64,000 nt of DNA from Octopus sinensis (lineage: Eukaryota): assembly GCF_006345805.1 (NCBI RefSeq), contig NC_043014.1, forward strand, positions 54,374,001 through 54,438,000. Reading direction: 5' to 3'. Of this stretch, positions 61,848 to 64,000 are shown piece after piece. Position 1 is the first letter of the stretch, and each line of letters opens with the position of its first letter. Both the position numbers and the translations under genes were made by a program. The notes under the pieces are model-generated. The model made no database searches and had not been told where the DNA came from. It was given only the letters and a program-made list of their open reading frames with translations.

Positions 61848-63261
61848 CAGACAGATAGATAGATGGATAGATAGATAGACAGATAGATAAATATAGATAG
61901 ATAGATGGATAGTCGTCTGGGGCCAGTCGAAAATAGATAGACAGATGGATAAATAGACAGATAGACAGAGGGAGAGAGAGAGTCATTAATTTATGTATTC
62001 TATATTTAGAAATTTCTATTACTATACGAAGATATTCACTTGTTCGTGCTAAATGGATGTGTATATAGAATGATTTAAAAGTTAGGTTGTAGGAAGAAAC
62101 CAAAAAACCCGGGCAAGAGAAGTGTGTAAGATGAAGGACAGAGAGAGAGAGAGAGAGAAAGAGAGAGCATCAGGACAGCAGGCTGAGAAGTAGTGTGTTT
62201 GTCATCAAATTCACACCCAACATCTTTTTTCTTTTCTTTTCTTTTTTTATTTTATCTGTGGCTGATATTTAAACCCGGAATAGCAATCAAACGCAGGGTT
62301 AAAAAAGCCTTTCTAGCACAAACAATAAAAAACAACTGAATTGTCCCCATCAACTTATCTACCCCCATCATCATCATCATCTTCGTCATCAGCCAGCAAC
62401 ATTCTTATTTTTGGTAATTTACGCATTTTAGTTGTCGATGGCCTCGGGTCCAACCTTCACTGAACAAATTTCGAGATTAAAAACAATTTCAGCCATGACC
62501 CATGTGTCTTCTTACGCCCACCTCGGACTACACTATCAAATGTGTTCTTCTCAGTCGCTGTTCCGCCCCGTAAATCTATGACCAATAGGCGTTCCAGTTA
62601 TGTCCACCATGTCTTAATTGCAGTCACAGTATAGTTAAGGACTAAGACTGCGGTATCCAATGTGTCCTTTCTCGTGTTTTAAAGACGGTAAAACTTTGGA
62701 TTTGGGGGAAATTTTGACCCCTATTTCAAAGCTGGTCGAGCGACCACATCCTACTTAGGTCACAAGGTCGACGATGAATGCTTTTCGTTTTTTTTTTTTA
62801 AAGAAAGTAAAATCGATTGAATTTCCTTTCCAACCCCAAATAACCCCCAGTATATTACGATTTCGATTCCCTCTGCTTTACTGAGCTGAAGGGACAAAGA
62901 CAAAGAAAAACATCGACCTTAAAGGACAATTGGTGGTTTTGACTCATTATCACGCGGTCTTTTCTCCACATAAGTAGATAAGTGTGGATGTCTTTAAGTG
63001 CAGAGTAATTTGTTACTATTTTAAGAGTGATCCGGGAACTTTTCGACTGGCCCCAGACGACTATCCATCTACTACTGGATGACGAGACATTTCGTTTCCT
63101 TTTATAAAGTTATCTGTCTGTTTTTTTTTTAAACCCATAATCGAGTCAACGGGGGGGGGGGGGAACCTCCAGTGTTTTTTGTAATCTGTCCTTGTAATGT
63201 CCTCACCATTCGTCGTCCTTGTGACAAATACGGAAATTATTATTGTTATTATTATTATCAA

Positions 63262-63660
63262 CTGGCAGAATTGTCAGAGCGTCGGACAAAATGCAATGCG
63301 GTATTTTCTCCGATTATTTACGTTCAGGTTTCAAATCCCGCCGCGGTCATCGGCTTTGCCTTCCATTCTTTCGGGGTCGATAAAATAAAGTACCAATTGA
63401 GCACTGAAGGCGATGTTAGCGGCTGACCCTCCCCATCACAAGAATTCAGGCCTTGCACAAAAATTAGAATAAATTGTTAGTACGTCGGACAAAATGCTTA
63501 GCGGAATTTCTTCCGATTCTGAGTTCAAATTCTACCGTGATGGACTTTGCATTTCATACTTCAGAGATCGATGAAATAAGTACCAGTTGAACACTGGGGA
63601 TCAATATAATCGACTTACCACTTCCCCTAAAAATTGCTGGCTTTGTGCCAAAACTTGAAG
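63262..63660 (+). mobile_element. Two tandem diverged SINE family C copies
   Basis: Each contains B-box TTCAAATC/TTCAAATT and TTTGC.TT.CAT....GTCGAT.AAATAA.GTACCA. Confidence 0.7.
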
Positions 63661-64000
63661 CATTTATTATCATGCTTGTGGTTGTTGTTTAGGTGTGGTA
63701 CAATCCAAAAGACAACCTAGCCACGACCGTAAGGCATCGAAGACTAGCAAAACATAATATAATAATGTTGCTATAAATCACTTGCCAAAACAAGTACAAA
63801 CATCTACGACAGATACAGAGTGTCCTTCTGTTTTCGAAACAGTTGGGTGCTGTGACATTTAGCAGCTGTTTTTAACAGGTCGAGCAACCACTGTACTCAT
63901 TCCATTATAGATACAGGCTTCGCCAACATTTAGAGGAATTTGTTCTTGTAAGAAGAGCCTGGGCTGATGAACTTTACAATTCTTTCTTACAGACGTAGGT

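Overview
A 64-kb, AT-rich eukaryotic (animal) genomic window that is almost entirely non-coding. It is dominated by microsatellites and interspersed repeats, and the repeat complement suggests a coleoid cephalopod, most likely Octopus (inference from recalled repeat types, not from a search). Nearly all ORFs in the supplied track are microsatellite or SINE artefacts. Real content: (i) about 19 copies of a tRNA-headed SINE ('family A') and about 12 copies of a second SINE ('family C'); (ii) about 15 5'-truncated 3' ends of an RTE-type LINE ('family B'), whose 3'UTR carries a tandem array of a motif that can fold as a compact H-type pseudoknot; (iii) decayed CR1, RTE, R4/Dong, mariner and hAT coding fragments; (iv) MITEs with clear TIRs and TSDs (piggyBac-like TTAA, Merlin-like 8 bp, hAT 8 bp); (v) several fold-back elements, mostly beside (TA)n, some carrying minimal hammerhead ribozyme motifs of the Penelope-like type, including one with a complete ribozyme on each strand; (vi) an intronless PSMD13/Rpn9 fragment fused to an R4-type LINE endonuclease fragment; (vii) an apparently exact 588-bp tandem duplication with a chimeric SINE at the junction; (viii) a weak candidate first coding exon on the minus strand near 60.6 kb; (ix) one 100-N assembly gap. 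No complete protein-coding gene, tRNA, rRNA or CRISPR is supported. Coordinates were read by eye; ends of degenerate repeats are approximate.
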